Source: a virus (taxonomy: Duplodnaviria > Caudoviricetes). From it: DNA of 64,000 nt. Made by a program: the position numbers and the translations under genes. The notes beneath the pieces are model-generated. The model ran no database searches. It was not told the origin of the DNA and saw nothing but the letters and a program-made list of their open reading frames with translations. Shown one piece after another: positions 8,584 to 17,332 of this stretch. Where the stretch lies: positions 1 to 64,000 of IMG/VR virus record IMGVR_UViG_3300011832_000001; one strand, written 5' to 3'. Each line of letters starts with the position of its first letter. The first letter of the stretch is position 1.

Positions 8584-9022
8584 AGCGATTATTGCAATTG
8601 CAGGTGTGTTGATGGCTGTTATTGCTCTTGTAGTAGGGATATTAATTTCAAAGGGTAAAGTAGATAAGAAGTCATATGAGGAAGCTTTGGAATTAATTCA
8701 AAAGACAACTCAATTAAGTAAAGAGGAAGTTGAGAAGTTAGTTGAAACAACTGATTTACTAAAAGACTTTGTTAAAGAAAACTACCATGAAGGTCAAGAA
8801 TTCGCAGAACAACTATTGGAATTCATTGAAGGTCTAAAGAAAAAAGGTGTTGTTCTAAAAGAAGTTCCTGTTGAAGTTGAACATATTGTTGATGCAAAAT
8901 TACAAGAGATTAAACAATCAGATGCAGTTCGTGATGAGAATGGTGTTGTTGAAGTACAACCATTACCTGAACCTCATGAAGCAACGATTGAGGAAAAAGA
9001 AGATATTCATCGTACTGAATAA
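8567..9022 (+). CDS. Membrane protein with N-terminal TM and acidic helical tail
   Basis: AIIAIAGVLMAVIALVVGILI helix; GAAGGAG RBS. Confidence 0.8.
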   Translation: MELTSEAIIAIAGVLMAVIALVVGILISKGKVDKKSYEEALELIQKTTQLSKEEVEKLVETTDLLKDFVKENYHEGQEFAEQLLEFIEGLKKKGVVLKEVPVEVEHIVDAKLQEIKQSDAVRDENGVVEVQPLPEPHEATIEEKEDIHRTE

Positions 9023-9031
9023 CTAAGATTT

Positions 9032-9061
9032 AAAAGAGAGGTAAAAATAACCTCTCTTTTT
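9032..9061 (+). terminator. Intrinsic terminator
   Basis: AAAAGAGAGGT/ACCTCTCTTTT stem. Confidence 0.85.
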
Positions 9062-9077
9062 ACTACATAAAAATAAG

Positions 9078-9107
9078 TTGACAAAAGACATACATATATG
9101 ATATACT
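9078..9107 (+). promoter_or_regulatory. Sigma-A type promoter
   Basis: TTGACA-18 bp-TATACT with extended TG. Confidence 0.75.
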
Positions 9108-9178
9108 ATATATATAAAAATAAGTTGTAATATCACATAATAATAAGTTGAACAATCATTGAGAGGAGATGTCAAAAA

Positions 9179-9958
9179 ATGAGTGAAATTTATAGCAAGT
9201 TGGAAAGTTTACTATTAGCATCTGAAAAGTCTATGCATGATATTCGTTATAGTTTAACACAGCATATCCCAAATGATGAATCTGAGGAGTTAGAGGTTCT
9301 TATTGAAAGCTTAGAGACATTCTTTGGTACTGTCAATGAATCTTTACATTACATCAATTTAAATTCCGAAGAGAAGTTGGATGGAACATTAAAAGTAGAA
9401 CCTACTGAGAAGACAGCAGAGCTAATCAAGCGATTGAATCATGCAGGAAATTCTTCTATATCAGGACTAATAACAGACGTTTATGATGTTGCTAGATATA
9501 ATGAAAGTATCGGTATAAAGGGCAATAACTATGGAGCTTTTATAAATGTCGCTACGCAATTAGTTCATGTAATGGAAACTATGGCTAGACAAATAGTGAT
9601 TATGCTTTTGAAAGATAATTATTATGATGTAAAATATAACGGTGAATATCAAACGGTTCTTTTCTTAGATTTTGAAAAAGATTCAATGAAGCGATTTAAA
9701 GTATTTAATACAGAAACAAAAGAAGGTTGCTTTGGAGGATTTAACGACAAAGGTCATTTCAAAACATCATTTGAACAAAGAAGTAGGTTTGATATTTTGA
9801 CACATCATAAGCTTTATGATATAAAACCAACTGAAAAACCTAGAGATAATCAAGACATCAAAAATTTAATCGATATTGCTATTGACACACGGGATGAAAT
9901 ATGGTTTAATAAGTTAGTGGAGGAACTTAAAGATGGAAGCAAAGAAACTTCAAATTGA
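9179..9958 (+). CDS. Protein with C-terminal IDEAL domain
   Basis: C-terminus IKNLIDIAIDTRDEIWFNKL. Confidence 0.8.
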   Translation: MSEIYSKLESLLLASEKSMHDIRYSLTQHIPNDESEELEVLIESLETFFGTVNESLHYINLNSEEKLDGTLKVEPTEKTAELIKRLNHAGNSSISGLITDVYDVARYNESIGIKGNNYGAFINVATQLVHVMETMARQIVIMLLKDNYYDVKYNGEYQTVLFLDFEKDSMKRFKVFNTETKEGCFGGFNDKGHFKTSFEQRSRFDILTHHKLYDIKPTEKPRDNQDIKNLIDIAIDTRDEIWFNKLVEELKDGSKETSN

Positions 9959-10229
9959 AGGATTAAAAGAAGTTCTCAATGATGAGAATCTTATGAAGGT
10001 AACTACACTATGTATTAAGGTTGGTGGCTCATATATGATTACCGATAAATCGGGAAACAAGAGCAATGTATTCCTGCCTATGAATGAAGTTTTCATTAGA
10101 GACTTTATTCGAGAATATCATCATGTCTATCAGTATATCTTTGGTGAATTAAGTATCATAAAAGGAGACGTTGATTATAAGCTAGTCAATAATAAAGGAA
10201 ATCGAAAAGTCGCTATTTTTATTATTTAA
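9933..10229 (+). CDS. Hypothetical protein
   Basis: GGAGG RBS; overlaps upstream gene. Confidence 0.7.
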   Translation: MEAKKLQIEGLKEVLNDENLMKVTTLCIKVGGSYMITDKSGNKSNVFLPMNEVFIRDFIREYHHVYQYIFGELSIIKGDVDYKLVNNKGNRKVAIFII

Positions 10230-10265
10230 ATAAAAAGCTTGACTTTTATTGAAGGAGATGATATA

Positions 10266-10997
10266 ATGTTCAAAGTAGGTGATAGCGTTGTAGTTAAAGG
10301 TCTTAATATTGAATCAGAGATTTGGAAAGTTGACCGTGAATTAGAACAACCTAGATACTTCATTAAAGAACGCTCACATATGTTTGTGAGTTATGGGGAG
10401 AGTGATTTGGTTTTGGTTCAAAAAGTAAAGGCAAGTCAAATTAAAACTTATAGTGGATTAATTTTCGACTATGAGAATATCGCAGATAATAAAATTCATA
10501 TTGATGACTGTATTGTGCCATTGTCGAATATTTGTCGATTCGGTGGTCACACACCAAAGTTTTATTCAGTGTTGAACCACAGTCTTAACTGTTATGAATT
10601 TTTAATTCAGCAAAATGTGAAGTGTCCTGAAACTCTGCTTCATGCTTTGATTCATGACTTCACAGAAGCCTATTGTGGAGATATGGTCAAGCCATTGAAA
10701 ATTGGGATGGATTCATACAATCAAAAAGAAGAAGAGATTCGAAAATTAGTTTTTCCTTTCTTCGGTTTGTCTGAGGAATCTTATCGTAAGACAAAAGAAA
10801 TTGTAAAATTTGCAGACAATGTTATGATTGCAAATGAATTGAGTTTTATCAAAGGTGATTTAGGAACACCTGAACTTCAAGCATTGCAAAACGAACACAC
10901 ATATGAACCTTATATCTATGGATATGAGGAAAAAGAAGACCTCATTGAATTGTTCAAAGAGTGTTTGCAGTTCGAAATGAATCAATTAATTTTTTAA
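10266..10997 (+). CDS. HD-domain 5'-deoxynucleotidase-like phosphohydrolase with a small N-terminal beta domain
   Basis: LSNICRFGGH..FYSV..HS, ALIHD..EAY.GD...PLK and KFAD motifs of YfbR/YfdR-like HD enzymes; AAGGAG RBS before ATG 10266. Confidence 0.85.
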   Translation: MFKVGDSVVVKGLNIESEIWKVDRELEQPRYFIKERSHMFVSYGESDLVLVQKVKASQIKTYSGLIFDYENIADNKIHIDDCIVPLSNICRFGGHTPKFYSVLNHSLNCYEFLIQQNVKCPETLLHALIHDFTEAYCGDMVKPLKIGMDSYNQKEEEIRKLVFPFFGLSEESYRKTKEIVKFADNVMIANELSFIKGDLGTPELQALQNEHTYEPYIYGYEEKEDLIELFKECLQFEMNQLIF

Positions 10998-11007
10998 ATA
11001 AAAAGTG

Positions 11008-11036
11008 TTGACATTCACTTGTCAATATGGTATAAT
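11008..11036 (+). promoter_or_regulatory. Sigma-A consensus promoter with -35 inside an inverted repeat
   Basis: TTGACA-17 bp-TATAAT; TTGACA-ttcact-TGTCAA inverted repeat. Confidence 0.85.
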
Positions 11037-11104
11037 AATATTAGTGGTCAGGGTTGTAGCAACCCACACAAAAAATACTTTTAGAAAAAGGGAGTTTTGT
11101 TTTA

Positions 11105-12193
11105 ATGGCAAAAAAATTAGTTCAGACGAAATCGCAGTTTAAATTGGTAGGTAATATTGAAAAGTTCGACAAAGAGAAAAATATTACATCAAAGGAAACA
11201 TGGGATTTATTGTCGTTTAATGTTCGTACAGGTGAAGACACACCTCAAGTATCTCTTATGGCGATGAAGCCAAAAGCGGATAAGAAGTACACTGTTTACC
11301 GTAGCGTAAAAGGAAAAGACGGTAAGCGTAGCACAGAGAAGAAAGTTGTTGCTGAGAACGAACTTAAAAAGTTCAAGTCGGAAGATGGATGGCAAGTAGG
11401 TGGAGGTATTGCTATTGCATTACCTAAGAAGGGCGAAGATGGCGAGTTAGTTCTTAATGATAAGAATCGAATCGAGCGTAAGCGTGTTTCATTACCTGCT
11501 CACCAAGCCGTAACTCAAATTGAGCGACTTCTATCACGTCACTTCAAGAATGAAAACGCAGGTGGCTTAGGAGTTATGGTCACAGGCGAGGTAAGTATAT
11601 ATAAAGACAAAGAAGGACAAACTCGACAGTCATTACGACTTTTGAGCCTTACAATTCTAGATAATCAAGAATATAACTTAGAGACAGCCAAGAAGCACGT
11701 CCATGCGTTCAACGTTGAAGGTGTGTTTGACCACGCAGAACCTGTTGAAGACAGTGATGCTGTTCGTATCACGTTGGGTCACATTGATTTCCGAGAAGAA
11801 GTTGTTAAAAACACTTATTTGATTGACCCTAGCATTGGGGCAAATGAAGAAGAAGTTGAACAGCTCAAGAAACTTGCAGAGTCATCACAAACAGTTATGG
11901 AGTTTGGTGACTTGATTACACTTGAGGGTGTTGTTATCAACCGTCCAAATCGAGGTGGGGATTCAGGTGGAACATCTGATGAGTTAGCTGAATTGTTCGG
12001 TGGACTTGGAACAGCAGGTTCTGAGACTCGCAACAACTATAGTGGATTCACATCTGAGATGAAACTTACTCGTGTACTTGAGTTCTCTAAAGGTCATTAT
12101 TCAGAAGAAGATTTCCTTAAAGAAGAAGGACTAGATGAGCATGACATCGACTTGTCAGATGATGACGATGATGACATCTTAGGAGATTTGTAA
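11105..12193 (+). CDS. Probable ssDNA-binding protein (SPbeta YorF-like position)
   Basis: Beta-rich 362 aa with acidic tail DDDDDILGDL; directly upstream of the AAA annealing ATPase. Confidence 0.6.
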   Translation: MAKKLVQTKSQFKLVGNIEKFDKEKNITSKETWDLLSFNVRTGEDTPQVSLMAMKPKADKKYTVYRSVKGKDGKRSTEKKVVAENELKKFKSEDGWQVGGGIAIALPKKGEDGELVLNDKNRIERKRVSLPAHQAVTQIERLLSRHFKNENAGGLGVMVTGEVSIYKDKEGQTRQSLRLLSLTILDNQEYNLETAKKHVHAFNVEGVFDHAEPVEDSDAVRITLGHIDFREEVVKNTYLIDPSIGANEEEVEQLKKLAESSQTVMEFGDLITLEGVVINRPNRGGDSGGTSDELAELFGGLGTAGSETRNNYSGFTSEMKLTRVLEFSKGHYSEEDFLKEEGLDEHDIDLSDDDDDDILGDL

Positions 12194-12264
12194 GAAATTA
12201 ACCCCTCTTTATGAGGGGTATATGATTTAATAGCAAGTTGAAATAAAAGGAGAAGATTTTTTAA

Positions 12265-13344
12265 ATGGGTTTATTTGATAAATTAAATATTGTGGTTAAC
12301 GAGCCAACGTTCTATCTTGAGGATTATGTGTTTACAATCTACGGAGTTCCCGGTGCAGGTAAGACAACTACTGCTATCGCTATGGGTGATATTCAATATG
12401 GTGGCAAAGATAAATCATTGCTATTCGCAATTGATAAAGGATACAAGACAATGAAAGGTGTTCACGCACTTCCTATTAATAGTTGGGAAGAGTTGAAAAA
12501 AGGTGTTCAAGTTCTTGTTAAAGGTAAGAAAACAGGAGAATCTGAGTATCGTCTTGTAATCTTTGATACGGTCTCTATGATGTATGCTCTAGCTGAAAAG
12601 TATGTCCTACGCAAAGAAGGAGCTAAACGTAATAAGACGTTAGAAGCTCTGTCAGATGTGCCTTATGGAGCTTTATATAATCTCTTAGACAAAGAAGTAG
12701 AGGATGTTATTCGTGCTTTACAGGGAGCAGGATATGGAATCATCTTCATTGACCATGACCAACACACAGAAGAAACAACTCGTGAAGGTGACAAATATAC
12801 AATTATTAATACTTCGATGTCTAAACGTGCTCGTAAGTTTGTTGTTGGTATGTCAGATGTTCTAATGTATCTTGACTACTCACGTCACTTTGATGATGAA
12901 GGTGAAATGTTCAGTGAACGTAAGATTTATTTGGATAATGAATCTACTCTAGCTGAGACTAAGAACCGTTTCCGCAATATGCCGTCTGAAATGCCATTAG
13001 ACCCTGCTAAGTTCTTGAAAGCTTTAGAGGAATCGATTAAGAGTGAGCATGATGATGAAGGTCATTTTGAAGAAGCTCAGAAAACACGTTCTGTTAAAAA
13101 GAAAGAAGAAGTGGAAGCTGAGTTGAGTGAAGATGATGAGGTTGAAGCAACTCTTGAAGAAGCATCTACAGGTAAATCAGTAGAGGAACTAATTGTAGAA
13201 CTTAAAGCTGTATTGCAAAAACTGCCTAAGGAAGAACAGAAGTCAGCAGTTGCTAGCATTAAGAAGCAACATGGTGGACTAGCTGAGATGAATGCAGAAC
13301 AATTGCAAAAAGCTATTGAAAAATATGAAACTAAAGTTGACTAA
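12265..13344 (+). CDS. Sak4-like / AAA_24 ATPase (YorG-like)
   Basis: Walker A YGVPGAGKTT, Walker B VIFDT, ETKNR motif. Confidence 0.8.
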   Translation: MGLFDKLNIVVNEPTFYLEDYVFTIYGVPGAGKTTTAIAMGDIQYGGKDKSLLFAIDKGYKTMKGVHALPINSWEELKKGVQVLVKGKKTGESEYRLVIFDTVSMMYALAEKYVLRKEGAKRNKTLEALSDVPYGALYNLLDKEVEDVIRALQGAGYGIIFIDHDQHTEETTREGDKYTIINTSMSKRARKFVVGMSDVLMYLDYSRHFDDEGEMFSERKIYLDNESTLAETKNRFRNMPSEMPLDPAKFLKALEESIKSEHDDEGHFEEAQKTRSVKKKEEVEAELSEDDEVEATLEEASTGKSVEELIVELKAVLQKLPKEEQKSAVASIKKQHGGLAEMNAEQLQKAIEKYETKVD

Positions 13345-13351
13345 TTAAATT

Positions 13352-13382
13352 AGGGGAGATTTAAACTCCCCTTTTATTTTTT
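13352..13382 (+). terminator. Intrinsic terminator
   Basis: AGGGGAG/CTCCCCT stem with T tract. Confidence 0.8.
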
Positions 13383-13399
13383 GAAAGGGATGAATAAAA

Positions 13400-14107
13400 T
13401 TGATTAAACGTATTTGCATTTCAATAATTGTCGTAGCATCTGTCGCTTTCATGTCGCTTTTCTTTCAATCATATACAAAGACACAAAAGTTGGAACAAAA
13501 GATTGAGTTACAAAAATTGACAATTGAAGAAATGAATAAGAAAGTGGATGCAATTGACGAGTCTACAAAAGACCGTGAAAGTAGATTGAAGGTTGTCGAA
13601 TCCAAAGTGAAATCATTAGAGAAGAAAAATGCTCTGTTGAAAAAAGAAAATGAGTCTCTAGAAAAGAAAATCGATAAGATTAATTAGAAGCGAAAGACTT
13701 CTTATGATGACTCTAAGAAGGTAAGAGTTAGTGTCGAAAAAGATGCAACTCCGAAGAAAGAAGCTAAATCCACACAGGATGAAAATAATTCTAAGGGATA
13801 TCCTATCGAAGTAACTGCTTACACCGCCTATTGTGCGGAAGGTTGCATAGGAATTACAGCTACAGGTATTGACGTTTCGAATACTTCGTGGTATAATGGA
13901 TATAAAGTTATCGCTACAGACCCAAATTTCATGGCTATGGGTGAAACAGGAACGATAATTTTTAATAATGGCTCATCAATACCTGTTATCGCAATGGATA
14001 CGGGAGGAGCTATCAACGGTAACAAAGTTGACTTATTGGTTGATAGCCATGAAGAAGCAATTCAGTTTGGAAGACAGTCAGCAAAACTAATTAAAAAGGA
14101 TGGTTGA
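13400..14107 (+). CDS. Secreted or membrane-anchored coiled coil plus 3D-domain cell-wall protein, interrupted by an in-frame TAG at 13685-13687
   Basis: Signal/TM and coiled coil, then TAG, then in-frame linker and 3D motifs EVTAYT..C..GC.GITATG, VIATDP, AMDTGGAINGNKVDLL, AIQFGRQ ending at TGA 14105-14107. Confidence 0.8.
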
Positions 14108-14111
14108 TTAA

Positions 14112-15083
14112 ATGGTATTATCACCAAAAGAACAGGCTTTTCTACAAGCCTTAAAACAAATGGTTGGAGCAATGGAGAAGGATGATATTTGTATTATGCC
14201 TGAGCCATGCGAAGCATTTTCAACAGTTAAAGGTTCAGATGACTCTAACCTATTCTTCATTGAAGATAAAGTTGTAAATCCTATCACATGGATTAAAGAA
14301 ATTTGCTCTATGTTCGGTCAAATGTTAGCAGGAGAACCGCAGATTCTAAAAGGAGAAGCAATCTTTGTAAAGAACTTTGATATTGAAGAAGTTGAGGTTG
14401 AGCTATTTGATGCTGATACGGCAGTTGAGATTATTGAGGAGTTTGCAGGTCAAAAAGTTGTTTTACACGAATCAGATAGCGATGAGACTAAGTTCCTAGT
14501 TCAAGTTAATACAAAGTTAAATGTAGTGACAGGTAATAAGCTAGGAGAAGAATATGTCCAACCATTGTCAGGAGCATCTTATCCATTTAAAGTTGTTGAT
14601 ATGGTAGATGAAGAAGATGACTTTGAAGATGAAGTGGATGCAATGACATTCAAATCTAAAGTCGATGTTTTTGGAGTACCTCACGATGCTGAATTTGACA
14701 ATGATGATACTTCTGATGAGATTACAACTCAATCTACAAAGAAAGATTTTGATAAAGTTGTCAAAGAAGCAATCGATGAAGACCGACACGGTAAAATTGC
14801 AAAAGATGTTGCTTCACTTGTATCTGAGAAACAAAAGGCATATGGTAACTCAGTTGATAAAGTCGAACGTGTTATTGAGGTTCTTATGGAACAATATGAT
14901 AATGGAGATGGAACTTATACAATTCCAAAAGAATTAATTCCACACCTATTATATCAGGTTCGTATTTTAGATAAGCAAAATCGAGTGTTCACAAACCCAC
15001 AAGGAGACTTGATGGACGAATCACCGTATAAAGACATCTTAGGGTACGCTCTATTGATGTTAGCAAAACAAGAAAAAGAATAA
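14112..15083 (+). CDS. Acidic protein with a C-terminal DUF1599/Nmad1-like (MazG-like helical) domain
   Basis: KQKAYGNS...RILDKQNR...ESPYKDILGYALL pattern. Confidence 0.7.
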   Translation: MVLSPKEQAFLQALKQMVGAMEKDDICIMPEPCEAFSTVKGSDDSNLFFIEDKVVNPITWIKEICSMFGQMLAGEPQILKGEAIFVKNFDIEEVEVELFDADTAVEIIEEFAGQKVVLHESDSDETKFLVQVNTKLNVVTGNKLGEEYVQPLSGASYPFKVVDMVDEEDDFEDEVDAMTFKSKVDVFGVPHDAEFDNDDTSDEITTQSTKKDFDKVVKEAIDEDRHGKIAKDVASLVSEKQKAYGNSVDKVERVIEVLMEQYDNGDGTYTIPKELIPHLLYQVRILDKQNRVFTNPQGDLMDESPYKDILGYALLMLAKQEKE

Positions 15084-15090
15084 TCACAAT

Positions 15091-15118
15091 AACCCTATAC
15101 TTGACCGTATGGGGTTTT
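15091..15118 (+). terminator. Intrinsic terminator with TTGACC loop
   Basis: AACCCTATAC-TTGACC-GTATGGGGTT followed by TT. Confidence 0.7.
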
Positions 15119-15131
15119 CTTGGAGGTATAT

Positions 15132-15836
15132 ATGGATAAAATTAAACTATTCAAAGACAGAAAGATTAAGGCAAAAGAGGTTTTTGATTTAAGAGAAATA
15201 TCACAAAAGGAAGCTAAATCTCTAATCGATAAGTATCATTATTTAAAAGGAAAAAGATTCATGTCAACATACAATATTGGTATGTATTATGAAGATGAAT
15301 TGGTAGGTGTCGCTTCATACAGGCTTCCACAAGGTGATGTAGCTCTAAAGGGATGGTTTGGGTTGGACAACACGACAAAGGACATTTTAGAACTTTCTAG
15401 ATTGGTTGTTACACCTGACTTAAATGGAACTAATGCGACAAGTTTTCTTTTATCTAATTCAATTAAAATTCTAAAACGTGAATATAAAATCAGAGCTATC
15501 ATCACTTTGGCTGACTCTTCACGTCATGTTGGTAGTATCTATCAAGTTTGCAATTTTGAATACTATGGACTCACAGCTAAAAAGCCTGACTTTTATATGC
15601 CCGATGGTAAGAAGGGTGCGAGAGTTAAGACAAGCGTTACAAAGGGTGTTTGGATACCTAGACCACGCAAACATCGATATGCTATGGTATTAGATAAAAA
15701 TTTGAAGCCCTTATACGAGCGCTCAGAGCGTCCAAAAAAGGATGATTCTGTAAAATATAGCTGTTGTGGTGGTTCAGGACGTGTTTATGACAAAAGATTT
15801 GGTGATTGGTACAATTGTTTTGTTTGTAACCCTTGA
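15132..15836 (+). CDS. Mom-like GNAT DNA adenine-modification enzyme
   Basis: HYL, LELSRL, N.TSFLLS.SIK, IITLAD...HVGSIYQ.CNF.Y.G and KHRY motifs of the Mom family; GGAGG RBS before ATG 15132. Confidence 0.75.
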   Translation: MDKIKLFKDRKIKAKEVFDLREISQKEAKSLIDKYHYLKGKRFMSTYNIGMYYEDELVGVASYRLPQGDVALKGWFGLDNTTKDILELSRLVVTPDLNGTNATSFLLSNSIKILKREYKIRAIITLADSSRHVGSIYQVCNFEYYGLTAKKPDFYMPDGKKGARVKTSVTKGVWIPRPRKHRYAMVLDKNLKPLYERSERPKKDDSVKYSCCGGSGRVYDKRFGDWYNCFVCNP

Positions 15837-15861
15837 TTTTATTTGCTTTCTATGATATAAT
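15833..15861 (+). promoter_or_regulatory. Sigma-A type promoter
   Basis: TTGATT-17 bp-TATAAT with extended TG. Confidence 0.75.
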
Positions 15862-15879
15862 TAAGTCATAGAAAAGGAG

Positions 15880-16911
15880 ATGAAAACAATGATTATTAAA
15901 ACGAAAATGGGAGAAGAAAAAGTTATTAAAAAAATGCAAGAAGTATTTGAACACTTCGGATATGAGTTTGATGTCTCACCTAATTGGCATTTGAAAAATT
16001 CATACGATATAACTTTTGGAAAAGAGCTTTTATTTAAAATTCACTTCAAGGAGTCGTTGATATTTTCGAACAAAATAATTTTTGCGTTTAATAAATCAAA
16101 TATTTCTAACTCTATGCTTATCTTGATGAGAAAGAACAATGATGGAATTAAAAAATTTTTAGGAGCTATTGATTATTATACACTTGTAGCAATTTTAAGA
16201 TATACCTTTGAAAATCAAAACAATTTTAGAATGGAACAATTGAGAGATAGAGTTGAATATTTACGAGAGACTTCACTTGAAGGGATGTCGGATGAATTTA
16301 AATATTCAAAAAAATTCTTCGGTGAACGAAGATTCTATGATAGATTGGATGCCAAAATTAAACGTGACACCACTTTTGACAAAACTCTTGACAGACATAT
16401 CTTTGAATTTGCGTTTAATGATGGGGTAGGAGTTAGGGTTCATCCGTTTAGTCCTCATAGCAGACAGGAAAGAGCTTTGAAAAATTTAAAAGAATCAAAA
16501 GCTGTAAAAAGTGAACTTCTATCAGTTCTTCATTTTGGAGATACTATTGGATATACACCTTACAGAAGAATCGACTTAGAAGAAGCTTTGAGAACCCTTT
16601 CTAAAAAAATAATAAAGTTTTCAGAAAGTAAAATAATCACAAAGCATTCTCTGTTGGAAGGAATTCAATCATCACATGAAGAAAACGAAAACAGTCAAGA
16701 TTTTATCATTGAAGGTTTGGATAGTGTTATAAATAATAATCTTGTTGATGAGGATATTGCTAAAGAAGCAATTAAAATAAAAGAAATGTATGAAAAGAAA
16801 CAAGAGGAAGCCAAACAAAAGAAACTAAAAGAAGATGCTAATAATGAAGCATTGCAAGTTTTACAAGCTGTAAAGATGCATTTAGAAATGAGAGGGGATT
16901 CACTTGAGTAA
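15880..16911 (+). CDS. Hypothetical protein
   Basis: 343-aa ORF; AAAGGAG RBS fits ATG 15889 better than 15880. Confidence 0.8.
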   Translation: MKTMIIKTKMGEEKVIKKMQEVFEHFGYEFDVSPNWHLKNSYDITFGKELLFKIHFKESLIFSNKIIFAFNKSNISNSMLILMRKNNDGIKKFLGAIDYYTLVAILRYTFENQNNFRMEQLRDRVEYLRETSLEGMSDEFKYSKKFFGERRFYDRLDAKIKRDTTFDKTLDRHIFEFAFNDGVGVRVHPFSPHSRQERALKNLKESKAVKSELLSVLHFGDTIGYTPYRRIDLEEALRTLSKKIIKFSESKIITKHSLLEGIQSSHEENENSQDFIIEGLDSVINNNLVDEDIAKEAIKIKEMYEKKQEEAKQKKLKEDANNEALQVLQAVKMHLEMRGDSLE

Positions 16912-17317
16912 AGAAATGAGTGATAAAGAGAAGACTCTAGCCTTAATGAAAGAACTTCATGAGGTTAGGGTCATTCCTCGAAGTTTTATTCCTCAGTTGG
17001 AGGAGTTTATGAAGGGTGAATATGACCATTTTGAAGAGAAAGTAGTTGACTCATATACATGGGATGATGTATACTATGGTTATAAGGCAATTAAGAAGGA
17101 TATTCAATGGGCAATGCAGAATCGCAACTTTAAAAATTCTTTAAATAAGTTTCGATATACATTTGCTATTTTGAAACAAAATCTTCCTGATGTTGCAAAC
17201 CATAGACGTAAGACAAGAGCTTTGATGGAAGAGAATACAAAGATAACTTACATTGAAGAAGATATTAAGAAATTCTCAAAATCAACAAGCAAAGTAGATA
17301 TAAGTAGATTTTTATAA
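16904..17317 (+). CDS. Putative helicase-associated protein (SPbeta YorH-like position)
   Basis: Directly upstream of the helicase as in SPbeta-like modules; GAGGGG RBS. Confidence 0.55.
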   Translation: MSKEMSDKEKTLALMKELHEVRVIPRSFIPQLEEFMKGEYDHFEEKVVDSYTWDDVYYGYKAIKKDIQWAMQNRNFKNSLNKFRYTFAILKQNLPDVANHRRKTRALMEENTKITYIEEDIKKFSKSTSKVDISRFL

Positions 17318-17332
17318 GGGGTCGGTAGTTTA

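Noticed and set aside
8567-9022. Holin call for the early membrane protein
   Set aside because: Single TM, far from the lysis genes, and a better holin candidate lies next to the endolysin.
10266-10997. DatZ of a 2-aminoadenine (Z-genome) pathway
   Set aside because: No PurZ in the window, and YfbR-like HD enzymes are common in phages.
11051-11066. GGGTTG-TAG-CAACCC hairpin as an RNA gene
   Set aside because: Short 5' leader hairpin just after the predicted start site, most simply an mRNA stabiliser; the hairpin at 12201-12219 is similar.
13828-14025. Minus-strand 65-aa ORF from the track
   Set aside because: Antisense shadow of the plus-strand 3D domain.
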